Source: Amoeboaphelidium protococcarum X5 (Eukaryota > Fungi > Aphelidiomycota). From it: a stretch of 64,000 nt of DNA. Positions 1-12,427 of this stretch are shown in pieces. The notes beneath the pieces are model-generated. The model was not told where the DNA came from and made no database searches. It saw only the letters and a list, made by a program, of their open reading frames with translations. A program made the position numbers and the translations under genes. Position 1 is the first letter of the stretch. The number at the start of each line of letters is the position of its first letter. The DNA lies in the NCBI GenBank assembly GCA_023515725.1, contig JALDTO010000246.1, forward strand, positions 157,680-221,679. The letters run 5' to 3'.

Positions 1-189
1 CATGTGGGTTAATCGATCATTGGTACACTTTAAAAAAGCTCCAGCAATCTTTTCATTGGGGTCCCCACATAGCCCCTTAATAGCAGAGTAACAGTATAGT
101 ACGAGCATAACGATAAGCAATTACAAAACACTTCTATGATTTAGTGATCAGATGTTAAGCAAGGCGCAATAGAGTCTCTTGCAAGACCT
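1..189 (-). ncRNA. Putative omegaRNA / right-end region of the Fanzor2 element (probably truncated by the window edge)
   Basis: Lies directly 3' of the nuclease ORF, with an inverted pair ATGTGGG (2-8) / CCCACAT (64-70) and GGGG/CCCC tracts. Support is position plus weak structure only. Confidence 0.3.
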
Positions 190-2427
190 TCATATGGACA
201 TCACGAACTCCTTGTATAGTGTCTAATCCGCTTAGTTCGCAGTAACCAATTTCACTTCTTCCTTAGAAAAACTTCGAGACATAGCATTATATGATCCAAC
301 ATTATCCCGATATGCACGAAAATCACCCAACATGAAGTACTCATCAGCACCAAGACATTTATGTAGCACATTCTGAAACGGATGTTGTTTCGACGTAAAC
401 TCCTCCGTTGTCACGAGCACTTACTTTCCAGATCTAAATATATTAGCTTATGCCATTGCAATAAGTTTCATACGACACTTGTAATGGCTAAACGCCAATA
501 GAGTCTTCCGCGTATTTTTATGGAGAATATGCCCAGAATTTTATTAACCACGCGAGTGTGTTACCAGTACATCGGCCGTATCACTTAGAACGGGAGGTAG
601 ATTCAAACGCTTTCTCCGTTTCTTCACCATCTTAATAGTCAGAAACTCGGGAAGAATGATTAGATCATAATGCCGCATCAAAAAGTTGCCAATTCGGTTA
701 TGCAAATTCGATACATATGCAGAGAATTTGGTGTAAGCACGACTAATGCCAATATCAGTGGGAACAACATTATTCTTTGATTACTTCCATGTGTGCCATA
801 ATTCTTTCTTCTACGCTTTAAACTCCTCCAGACTCAATTGTCCATTCTGTAAAGCAGCTGCGCGATTATCCATCTAATCTTTCAGAGACTATGCATTGGA
901 AATCTATTCACTCTTATTCTTATAAAGCTACTTGAAATCAGGCGCAATCGCAATGAATGACCTGCGATCCAAATCGAAGACGGTCATGCTCACTCTAACA
1001 CCTGGATCCACCGAGCAAGTGTTTCCAGTTTAACGGCAACGCGCATCACGGCGGCTTATAAATGATCTAGCACCTTCAAGATTCTCATCTGCATTATTCA
1101 TATCTTGCAGTTGCTAGTAATACCAATCAGTGAATGGACCTTATATACAGGAGGCATCATACGAAACAATCACAAAGAACTTTTTTCTTCTTTTCACGAG
1201 CTTGAACTCTCTTCCTCTGCCATAGCCAAACTTGATGAAACGGGGCCAGTAGTCAATCTTGCCAGGCTCTTAGAATAGAGGATCTTTGGCATACAGTTTC
1301 CCAAAGCTCTTGAGGAATGAAGGCAGTAGGCGGACGCGATTGCTATCTGGATCTACACGGGCATCTTACGCTTGAAACTGGAGCATCTAAAACTAATCAT
1401 CATCTCTATTTGGCATAAAGTTGTAGTCTTTGATATCACCCTTTGTATACTTCTCATGAGCCGCATAGTAATACGTGCGAGTCGCATTAATAATCTCATC
1501 TTGCACTGTAGATGGCATTCGCATCCAACGCAATCTTGGGTCGTCATCAGGCACGCGGCACTTTTTGGCTTTGACTTAACTTAGCGCAACATGGTTCCTT
1601 AGCGCTTGTATTGACACCTTTTCTCCTTAATCTCTGGAATCATTCAAAATGTTAATGATGAAATTGACCATTTGAAACTTGAGATCCAGCCATTCATTGA
1701 ATTTGTGTATGAACTTCTTATCAGGGAATATACGAATATTAATCGAGCGTATCTGATCATACTGATTCAGTTCGGCAATCTCTCGCCGATTTTTCATCTT
1801 GCCGATTTTTGGTTTCATGTTTTCCAACGCCACTAGAGATTATTCCGAAAGCTGTAGCACTTTCTTCTTCTTCTTCTTCTTCTTCTTCAAACTCTTAGAT
1901 GACGACTATTACTGCTTAGATTTCCATTTAGCCATTAGAGAGTCTGTATCTGATGCAATCTACTGATTCCGCATTTTGGATTCAATGATATTCTCAATTT
2001 AATGCTGCACCTGACTAAAACTTTACTTCTCCTGGCTCTCACTTACGTTTTGTCCCATGTCTTTACGATTCAAATTAGGATTGAACTTTGCTGTTAAGGA
2101 GTGTTCTGTTTATTAAGATTACGGTATTTGCCAGTCCTTGTCAGTGCATTTTAACAACAGTCGTTAATTGAACGCGTCTGTGTTGCCATTCCAAACATAA
2201 TGTCCAAACCATTCAGATTTAGTATTATACCAAGGGGCAAATACTGGAGCAAATGCGGCAAATGATGATGCGCCAAGTTCTTTGACTATCCGAATATCAA
2301 CTTCATTGATCACCTTAGCACACACGGAGAGAAATCCGGGAATATCTTGATGATATGCTTAAGTTTTGAAATCTTCTAGTGCTGTCTTTGCAGCCGCAGA
2401 TAATTCACGTTTTTGGCTTGGCTACAT
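190..2427 (-). CDS. Fanzor2 / IS607-type TnpB-like RNA-guided endonuclease (~745 aa, TAR=Gln)
   Basis: One open frame (joins ORFs 1627-1833 and 232-420) ending at TGA 190-192. It has the HTH-like IRSINIRIFP..FNEW segment, RuvC-I SVDPGVR (D at 1006-1008), LHNRIGNFLMRHYDLIILPEF, LLAFSHYKCRMKL, TEEFTSK (400-405) and RuvC-III YRDNVGSYN (D at 304-306). A K9 tract lies at 1861-1887. Confidence 0.88.
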
Positions 2428-2884
2428 TTTCAAATGATCAGTATTGCGATGAAAGAATTAGAACACTGTCAGTAAGCATTGAATACAATGCAATGATGAG
2501 ATGTGACACGACCAGTCATCATTTCATTGTGATATCAATGAGGATGGTCGCAGCTTAAAACCACTCAGGAGTTATTGGTATTGTTAAGGTATTGAGACAA
2601 GCTCAGAAGATTGGCAATAAAGTAAACGAGTAATTAGATTATTGACTTGTATTGAAGAGTATGTAAAAATATATAGAATCTCATTGATAATCGTATTTAA
2701 AATAAGACTAACTATCATACAAATACTTTATGGATAAAAAATTTCAAAAGGACTTGGTGCACGAATGATTGATCCGCCCATTTCTTTACTGTAATCTTTT
2801 TTTAGCTAGCAACCTCTGATCATAATTATTGCCATAAGTTGATTTCAATTTAAAGATTTTCTTTACAGATTTATAAGCGACTAG

Positions 2885-3838
2885 ATGATGAAGGATTACT
2901 ACGAAATATTGGGTGTCCATAAAACTGCTACTAGCGAAGAGATTAAAAAGGCGTATAAGGAACTCGCTCTCTACTACCACCCTGACAAGAATGTGGGTAA
3001 TGGAGAAGATACTCGTACTCAATTTCAACTGGTATCAGAAGCATATGAAGTGCTGCGTGACTCTGAGCTGCGATCGAGATATGATTTGTATGGACATGAA
3101 GGCATTCGGTAGAGTAACAACTCAGCTGGCGGCAATCCGTAATAATCCTCCTCTTAGTACCAGCCTCCACAGTTTAATCCCGCTGGTAATAATTTCTCTG
3201 CATTTTAAATGCCTCCATTCAATCAGCGTCCTCCTAGAATGTCTTCAAATAGTGGAAATAATGAGTTTGATCGTATCTTTAATTAGTTTAACCGCATCTT
3301 TGATCATGCTTTTGGCCCTAGTCGCTTCATGGATCCAGAGGAGCTGTTCCGACAAGAATTTGCATAGCATCATGGTATCCTGCATCAGAGAATGTTTAGT
3401 CAAGTTCCAATGTTTAATAACACGTTCGCTGCCTCTAGCGGATTCTTAAGCCCACCATTCATGTAAAGCTTTGGTGATCAAGGTCAACTAAATCGATTGC
3501 AGTTTTAACCAGCAGCTAGTGGTACAAGAAATGGAATGTAAACGTTTTCTTATTCTTCATCTTCACAAGTTTAGACTCATACCAAGATTGTCAATGGTCA
3601 ACTGTAGTACTCTGAAAAGACTGTCATTGATCCCAATGGAGTTAAAACTGTTGAAAAGACGTATGCTGATGGACGGTTTGAGCGAAAGGTGTTCTATAAT
3701 GGTAATCTAATTGAAAGTAGTTCTCAGTAATAACGACAATAGATCCAGGATGGAGGATCTTAAGCATCATCTACTTCCAACTCTTCATCATCATCAACAT
3801 TTGTCCCGATTAATCGCATGGATATCGATCGTTAATGA
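2885..3838 (+). CDS. DnaJ/Hsp40 co-chaperone (DNAJB6-like)
   Basis: N-terminal J domain with HPD motif, G/F-rich region with [12 protein letters not shown], and S/T-rich beta C-terminus; ends at TGA 3836-3838. Confidence 0.9.
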
Positions 3839-3968
3839 AGAATATAAGATTGCATCAATTGGATTATACTCAGTAATGGACAAGTTTGAGTTGGATACTT
3901 TAGTTAATGGACAGTTGCAACAAGTGTTTTCAATATAATTAGAATCAATAAATTTACGGTGTTTTTAA

Positions 3969-5117
3969 TCAATCAGGTTTACTCTATTTCTACCACTCGG
4001 TCAAGTAAGCAGTGAACAGTTTCTCTGCATATTCAGAATCTTGACTCAAAATTTCAATCATCTTTGATACAAACTACTCTTTGAACAGCGGCTGAGGAGG
4101 AGCAGAGCCGGCACTTTTAAATTCAGACACTGAAGTCTTTGGTGATAACTTGGATGCAGACGCCTTCAATACAGACGATGGAATATTGGACAACTTTTTC
4201 GGTTTAGGAGTAGATATTGTTGTTGCCTTAGTAGACGCATTACCACTCAAAACTTGTACTTGATTCAACTCTGCAAACAGCTACTCTGGCAATTGAATAG
4301 TTGAAGACGATTACTGCTTTAGCTACTATAACTACTACTACTACTACTACTACTCGACATAGATTGGCTAATCTGCTGAAGATGAAGTCTTTTTCCTTCT
4401 TCTAGGAGTCTCTGGCAGCAGGAAATCAGACCCATTTTGTTAAGATGATGATGATGCAGAGGTGGACTCTACAATAGCAGATTTTGGTCTAATCATGTTC
4501 ATCAACATTGTCGAAGCATCCTCTTGAGCACTAGAACTCTATTTCTATTATAATTATTGTTATTACTATTACTACTGATCCTAAACCTAATCAGATGACG
4601 GCCTCATTATTAAATCTTTCAAATACTGTTCAGCTTCCACAGTGGTCCCGAATGATTATAGGCCATGTTATAGTAACTATGGCTCCAATGACTGATCATA
4701 CAGACAGAATAATTTCAAATAATCAAAAAGTTTGGTACATTCTTATAACTCTTGTATATATAAACCATAAATACGCACACCATCCTGAAATATCATCATC
4801 TACTTATCTCCACCACTGGAATACTGATTAAACTTCACCCGGGGATGAAGAGTGGCAGTAAAGTTCTCAGGTCCCAATCTATTCAACAGAACCAATCCAT
4901 AGAATGGCTCCACACTTCTTTTTACCAAAAATAGGATACCTTCACAGTTTCTCTTGACAATATCATTCTTGTTGATGTCATATTCATATAGAGTTGCATT
5001 GGTGCACTTGTCCACAATATCCATAATCTACAAATCTATTCTATTCAGTGTGGACATGTTGACCTTATGAGCAATCTCAGCCTTGGACGGTGACTTTAAA
5101 GAGGTGACCTAACTCAT
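3969..5117 (-). CDS. DCP1: mRNA decapping activator Dcp1
   Basis: EVH1 domain (NMSTLNRID..., EGILFLVKRSVEPFYGLVLLNRLGPENF), Q-rich linker and C-terminal helical segment; ends at TGA 3969-3971. Confidence 0.88.
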
Positions 5118-5396
5118 AATACAAGAATTTTTAATTATTATAGAAAAGATTTAATAATATTTTGAAATGAACAGGTGTAATCTTTTTCAAGTATAGAATT
5201 TCCATGTAAAGTCCAATTACAGAATGGGAATTAGAGAGAAAAGACATACGACGAGCCAAACAGGACGAGCGCCTTCTTTTAAAGGGACTTTGTAACTGCA
5301 AGTCGACAACGTCAATAATGATATTATTTAATGCAAATATGAAGTAAAAGTCAAGCTTAGTAAGAAGGAACGATGAATATATAATTTCAACCGCAA

Positions 5397-6840
5397 TCAC
5401 TCAATGACATGGTCAACCATCTTGATGCCTTCCTTCTCAAGTTCGGCGATCAGAGGCTCACAAATCTTCATGGTCATTGGCGCAATGACTCCCTTCTCGG
5501 TCAACTTTCCATCCAAGATTTATTGGACAGCAATACCGCATGGAATACCAACAGTCTTTGCCATTGCAGTGTAACCACCAGGGACACCATACTCGATCAT
5601 AGTGCTGTAGATGGTCTTCTTGGAGCCATCCTTGTTCTCAATGTCGAAACGATGTTGCAGGAACACCAGATCGCGTTCTCCCTCACCATAAGCCATCTTC
5701 TTCTCCAGTAATGCACATAAAGTATCCAGGTAATTTCCTCTCGGCTACACTTTGGCATTATCGGATAGCAGACCAAGCCATTTTACACCATTCGCGATAT
5801 TGTCCTGATTGAACTTGGACATCTTGGATACCTGGCCCTTGTCAAAGATTGCCTTCAGTAGCTAATCATCCGTAGCACTAGAGTCCACCTACAGCATTTT
5901 ACACGTCAACTGGCGCCAACTCAACTGAGCATCAGCACTCAGCCAACTCACCTGATCATCTTTCAAGAAGCCCATAGACACCAGGACAGAGACAAACTCT
6001 GGGAATCCACTGAAGCGAAGAGTGCCGCGGAGAACAGTCTCACACTCTGGAATGTTGTAGCGTTCGTTGTACGGGGTGGAGTCTCTGTTTGGGTATCCGA
6101 CTAGGGAGAATGCAGGATACCCGGTGAAGATTGGCTGGGCGGAGTTCATCAATTCCGGTCCAGGAATTTCAACAACACGACCATCTTTCAAATACTTGGC
6201 AGTGTTACGCAAAGCCAATAACACTCCTCTGGATGACCAGCTGAACTTGTAACCAAGCGGATTGTTGGAGCATTCAGGCGCTGGTAATCCACCGCAGTAT
6301 GACACGAAAGACTTCAACTTCCCACCTTCTCTGTGGACCTGATCGATAGTCTTGACCGCATACAGGTGATCAATTCCAGGATCCAGACCGATTTCGTTCA
6401 TCACTGTTATTCCAGCTTTGATAGCATCCTGATGCAACTCGGCCATCTGCGGATTGACGTAGCTGGTGGTAACAACGTGCTTCTTGCCCTTAATAGCCGC
6501 CTTGATAACCTGCGCATGGTGAATGTAAGGGATCAGCGAGATTACCAGATCGTATTGGGCAATCAAATTAGCCAGTTCACTCTCATTATCCACATCGAAA
6601 CTGATAGCCTTTACTATACTCTCACCACCGAGCTATTTAGCCAGCTTCTGAGCATTCTCCAACTTTCTGCTAGCCACGGTCAACTTGTTTTCTACACAAC
6701 GATGTCACTCGCATGAATTATTGATTCAAAGGCAACTATCGCTTTAACTTACCAGGACGTCTCAGCAGAAAATCAGCACATGGCTTGGCCACGTATCCAC
6801 TGCCCAACAATAAAATTTTACGTTCGCCAGTATTGGTCAT
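5397..6840 (-). CDS. LYS9: Saccharopine dehydrogenase (NADP+, L-glutamate-forming), 2 exons
   Basis: LLLGSGYVA, NEIGLDPGIDHLYA, SYCGGLPAPECSNNPLGYKFSWSSRG. Removing a GT-AG intron at 6692-6752 restores RRPENKLTVASR. Confidence 0.95.
6692..6752 (-). other. Spliceosomal intron (61 nt) in LYS9
   Basis: GTAAGT...TGTAG on the minus strand; removing it restores the reading frame. Confidence 0.85.
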
Positions 6841-7037
6841 GATAAATTAGTCAATATGAAAGTTCAACTTTTTGTTTATAGCTGAGTTTAAGATCGTGAG
6901 TTTAGGAGAGACAGACGCGCGTTGAGACTGATCAACAGAGCGGCACATCGATCAACGACAATAATGAACAACAACACAGAGCTTTGAGAACTAAAAACTT
7001 AATGCTCACAAGCAACAATTATATCCATTCAATCATT

Positions 7038-7391
7038 TCAATTATTCTTGCTATTTACAGCAACGCGCTCTCTTTGATGCTTCAAAGTCTCCTTCTGCAT
7101 CTGAGAAGGATCATCCAAATTTGGCATTCTATCAGCCTTCACCATGGCTTCACTTTCAGATGCCGCACTCTCATCCCATTCATCTTCATAAGCGCCTGAT
7201 TAATTTGAAGATTTAGCCTTTTTCATAGCTCTCTACTTACTCTTCTCCAACACTTCAGGATCATTGTCAGACATATGACTGCCCACACCAAGCACTTTAT
7301 GACCAGTGGTAATTGTTCTCACATTAACTTTGTGAATCAATGTCATTTTCACATTGGGTATCACTCTCTTGATACAAGTCATCACAGTCAT
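7038..7391 (-). CDS. Small conserved fungal-type protein, probably mitochondrial (~117 aa)
   Basis: Open with TAR=Gln; motifs DNDPEVLEKSKQR and WDESAASESEAMVKADR resemble a small fungal protein family as I recall it. Start codon uncertain. Confidence 0.6.
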
Positions 7392-7880
7392 TGTCTTGAA
7401 GAGTCTGCTATTGATAATGAAAAACTAGATTACAGTGCGGGACAGAGAGTTGATAATATGAAGAGAAAGTGATATCATATAAGAGACTTCATCAAATAGC
7501 TCATTTGTAACAGAGCATTATCATCATGATGATGGTGAATCATACAGTCAGTCGTAACACACGCGATCACACTGCTGATTACTACAACAGTTACTGCAGT
7601 CAACGCGAGTCAAACCAGATCGCCCGCGATGAAACAATCGACACGCGAACGACGAACGCGACAACCTTAGCGAGTATAAAGGTGCAAATGCAAAAACCGA
7701 CAGGCAGAGAAGAGAGACCGATCGATAGAATAGAGAAAGCACACACCAACAATAGGAATATCTCCCCGCGCGCGCCTTGAATAACACTTTCTCTTTTTCC
7801 GAGCCAAATTTTCTACTTTTTCAACCTTTCATTTTCTTGACTAACTCTATACCATTTATTGAACTAATAATAAATAGAAA

Positions 7881-9197
7881 ATGAACGGAGACAGTCAAGA
7901 GGATTAGGATACGAAGAGAAATATTTAGATTTGGAAGATCAAGAAGCTGATGCACCATTTGGATAATTCAAAGGGAAACGGAACATCCATGGTGTCTATG
8001 ATTATTCCACCTAAAGATTAGTTGAGCAGAGTGCAGAAAATGCTTTTGGATGAACAAGGTGCCGCCGTCAACATCAAGTCTAGAGTTAACAAGCAGTCTG
8101 TACTGGCTGCTATTACATCCGCTTCTTAGAGACTCAAGTTGTACAGCAAAGTACCGCCTAATGGACTTATCCTGTTTACTGGTACCATAATCAATGAAGA
8201 GGGAAAGGAGAAGAAGATCACCATTGACTTTGAGCCATTCAAGCCTATCAACACGTCCATGTACCAGTGTGATAATAGATTCCACACTGAGGCATTGCAT
8301 GAATTGCTTGAGAATGACTCCAAATTTGGCTTCATCATTATGGATGGTCATGGAACGTTGTTTGGTTCAGTGTCTGGTAGTGCTAGAGAAATTTTGCACA
8401 AATTTGACGTGGATCTGCCAAAGAAGCACGGACGTGGTGGTTAGTCTGCGATGCGTTTTGCACGTTTGCGTATGGAGAAGCGTCACAATTATATTAGAAA
8501 GGTGGCAGAGTTGGCCACGTAGTTGTTCATCAATGTAGATAGACCTAATGTGTCTGGTCTCGTGCTGGCTGGTTCCGCTGACTTTAAGACTGAACTGTCT
8601 CAGTCTGATTTGTTCGATCCGCGTCTGCAGCCTATCATTGTGAACATTGTGGATATCTCTTATGGTGGTGAGAATGGATTTAATCAGGCTATTGAATTGT
8701 CTGCTGATGCTTTGGCTAATGTCAAGTTCGTCTAGGAGAAGAAGTTGATTTAGAAGTACTTTGAACTCATCAACCTGGATAGTGGAAAGTTTTGTTTTGG
8801 TGTTGATGACACGATGAAGTGCCTGATGGACATGCGTGCCGTGGAGCATTTGATTGTGTATGAGAATTTGGAAATCACTAGATATGTGTGCCGTCACCCA
8901 TAGACTGAAGAGGAGAAGGTGTGCTACGTGCGTCCTGACCAAGAGAAGGATATGTCGTTCCTGAAGGATCAAGTCACTGGAGTTGAGTATGAAGTCGTGG
9001 ACAAGATGTCTCTGGTAGAATGGCTAACTGAGCATTATCAGGAATTCGGAGCCAAGATGGATCTGGTGACGGACAAGAGTTAAGAAGGATCTTAATTTGT
9101 GCGAGGATTTGGTGGTATTGGCGCCATATTGCGATACAGAGTCAATCTGGAGTAGATTGCCATGTATGAGGATGAGGACATGTGGGAAGATGATTGA
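7881..9197 (+). CDS. SUP45: Eukaryotic peptide chain release factor 1 (eRF1), 438 aa
   Basis: GTS, NIKS, YxCxxxF and HGRGGQ motifs (Q = TAG at 8442-8444), [11 protein letters not shown]; ends at TGA 9195-9197. Confidence 0.98.
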
Positions 9198-9355
9198 TTG
9201 ATTGATTATAGAATCTTGATATCTCTTTGCTGCCATCTGCTTTTAAAGATTGAACAGTCATAATATAAAAGTAAACTTTAAATCACAGATACATTTTAAG
9301 TCATCATCTTTACAAGTAAATTCAAGTTGTACCATCACCGCAACAAGACAGGATA

Positions 9356-11781
9356 TCACTTTTTCAAATTCGCCACAGCCTGTTCAGCCTTCTTCATCTT
9401 GACAGAGTTGGCTCTAAACAGAGGATTGGCCACCTTTGTTGCAGTCTTATTAAAACTTTGATTCAAGTCGACATCAGAAGTCTGAGGACCCTGGGCTTTC
9501 GACAAGTCTCCTTAACTGGTGAGATTGTGGTTAGACTGAGGGACATTGGTTGGGACTTGAGTCTTTTGCTAAGGCGCCAGACTAGCTTGAGACTTCAACA
9601 CCTCCGCCACTTGAGGAGCATTGGTATTCTACTGCTTTTGTTTTGTATTTGGCTACTGGACAGCGTTCAAGTTGGCAGTGGATGCAGCAACTTTATTATC
9701 CTTGTCTCGTCTTGGATTGAAATGCAGATACACCACAATGGCCGAGATATTGTCTGTACTTCCTCTTTAATATGCCAATTCACACAATTTCTTGGCTGCC
9801 GATGAAGCACTATTCTAATTAAGCACGATTGATGTCACCTCCTTCAAACCTTTCTACCATTTGGCAGCATTATCCTTATGAACGATACTGTGCCTCTCAG
9901 CGACATCATCACCCTCGCCGGCGAAAACGTCCCACAAACCATCACTACCAAGAATAACAAAACCATCATCCGCATCAATAGGCGCCCAAGTCACATCTGG
10001 AATACAAGAAATGTACGGACTCATATCCGAGTCACCAAGAGATCTGGTAACTTGACATTTACCATTAACGCGACCCTGCTCAATAAAGGCTCCATGCAGA
10101 GACAATACTCTTTTCTACTCTTCCGGTTCATTTGGTCGATGGTCCCTGGTCAAGAGTTGAGTTTTCTCGCTTTTAATATTGTGCACCACCAATCTTGAGT
10201 CACCCAAGTTGATAGAGTATCGGATGTTGTCATGGATGTACAATGCTACACAAGTCGTTCCAGTTATAGTATTCCATGGGGCCATCTGTTTCTGACAATC
10301 TTGGAACGCTTTCTTGATCTCCTCAGCGCGAGTTTCGGGCGTCGCGTCGCTCGGCAAAGCCTTAATTCTCTCGCTGATCAGAACGGGCAAGTTCTCTGAT
10401 GCATAACTGGCAGCCTCTCTTCCACCATGACCATCAAATACTCCCCAAAAGTCTTCATATTGTGCAGATACTTGTGGTTGCTACTATTCCGCGTTCTCTA
10501 CGCCAGTCTAATCTTGCTTTCTCTCTACAAACTTTCCGCGCATAGCCAGAACATCCTGCATCTCCGCACGTCGTCCCACAGAGATGGCGTAACCAGACTT
10601 CCACCTTGCCGATGCGGTGACTTGAGGATGGAATGGATCATTACGATGGTCCTAATCACTCTAGGCCATCCACTTGTAGGCGGGACCTTGCTCATTCAAC
10701 ATTGCCAAATTCTTACCCTTCATCTTGTAAGTTTTCACACTTTCTCTGAACGTATTCAACTTGGTCTTGAACTGTCTCTTGTACAAACTCTTGACAACAT
10801 CATCCATAATACCTTGCAGGACTTCGTTTCTTTCCAAGAACTTTTTCAATAATTCAGACGGCTTGTTCGTACCATCAGCAGTCACAAGTTGCAATGAGGT
10901 TATCTTGGGACATACTTTTACCAACTGCTCCCACTTTTATACAACTTCTGCAGACCACTGGTTATCAATGATGGAAATTTTGCGAAGAGACGAATTCCTA
11001 TACTCTGAATGAGCCAAAGGGTGAAGTGGAGGCAGAAACTTCTTCTTATCTCCCAGTGGTAGTAAAACACCGGCAAAAATATTAACAACGTTTAGATCAC
11101 TGGTTGGCAAGTGGCAATCGTCAATTACTAATTACTGCACAGAATCGTTGTATCTCAAGCCATTAATCAGAATTATTCTTAAAGTGTCAACGGATATCGT
11201 GGATTGAGATAGATTTAAAAGTACCAGAGTTTTAGACTCTCTCAAGTGCTCGGCAAGTAGACTGAAGAATGACTGCTCTGCATCACGGGCAGTATTTTCA
11301 TCTGCAGCACTAGCGAAATGATGATCTTTACTCTACTTCCTGTCTGTAGTTGTGAAGCAGCAATTAGATAGGTCCAACTTCTAAATAGGAAATTTCTGTA
11401 CTCCGCCGTCAGTCTTTGAAGACATCACCTTGAGGAAAGCTAGGAGACTCTCACTAGTCAACTACTTGTCATTCATAAGCACATCATACATGACAACATT
11501 CTCAGGTATGGACTAAAAATACTTCTTCCAATGTGTGAGACATCTTTAATGAACAGCTGACGTAGTAAATACATCGATCGCCTTAAAATTCTACTGCTTA
11601 GGATCAGCAGGACAGACAATACTCTAATACTGAGTCTTGAATTGGTGATACAATTGCTCAGCATCTACAACAATAATTGTAATAATAAATGTGGGAATGT
11701 AAAATTAAATCACGGCTTCAAGATAATGCTCATACCTTTGCTCTTGAAATAATAATGATCCAGAAAATCAAAGAATCCCAT
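9356..11781 (-). CDS. PP2C-family protein phosphatase with an N-terminal LRR/RNI-like region (2 exons, ~784 aa)
   Basis: GRRAEMQD, FWGVFDGHGG, NLGDSR, VTRSLGD, LGSDGLWD, GSTDNIS. N-terminal IQKLDLSNC. Intron 11665-11735 (GTATGA...GTAG) restores the frame. Confidence 0.85.
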
Positions 11782-12427
11782 ATTGATATCTTTGGATTTG
11801 GACAATAGATCAGATACTGTACTATCAGAGAGAAGCTTTGAAACAACAAAAAGATCGTTCAGTATTGTTCTCTTAACAGAAGTTGTTGTTGTTTCAACTT
11901 TAAAACAAAGCGCTTTCACTTGTTTAGCAACGAATAAAGTGGCAACTCTGCAACTCTGCAACTCTAATTAATGAATTGAATGGCAAGAGAGTTTTGCGTT
12001 TGTATATCAAAACTTTGCGGTACATCTACGTTAATAAGGCTATTATATGATGTGAGTAATTTATTGGGAGAGCAAGGGTCCTAAACTGATTAAAAATGAA
12101 ACATGCGCGTTCTAATCACCGTAGGCGTTAAGCCATGTACTTTGTTGTGGATACTGTACATAACGGCGTAAGTATACGATTATATTGCTGGCTTAGCTAG
12201 ACTGCAAAACTTGTACGCATTTTATCTTAAGACTCAAATATCAAGTTGAAGTAAATTAAAAATATTTTTCCATCTCAAGTTATTGTAACAATGTCGCGTA
12301 TTGCGAAAGATCGTCATCGATTCAAATTCCATTCTTTGTCTGTTCGGCATTGAGCTTTTACTTTGGTCACTTAATTAGTCAAAATTCAAACTTTGAGGCC
12401 ATTTTAGATAGTTAAAATTAATTGAAG

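Noticed and set aside
8367-8972. 201-aa minus-strand ORF and similar antisense ORFs over VMA2, LYS9 and the lipase
   Set aside because: Shadows of conserved genes on the opposite strand.
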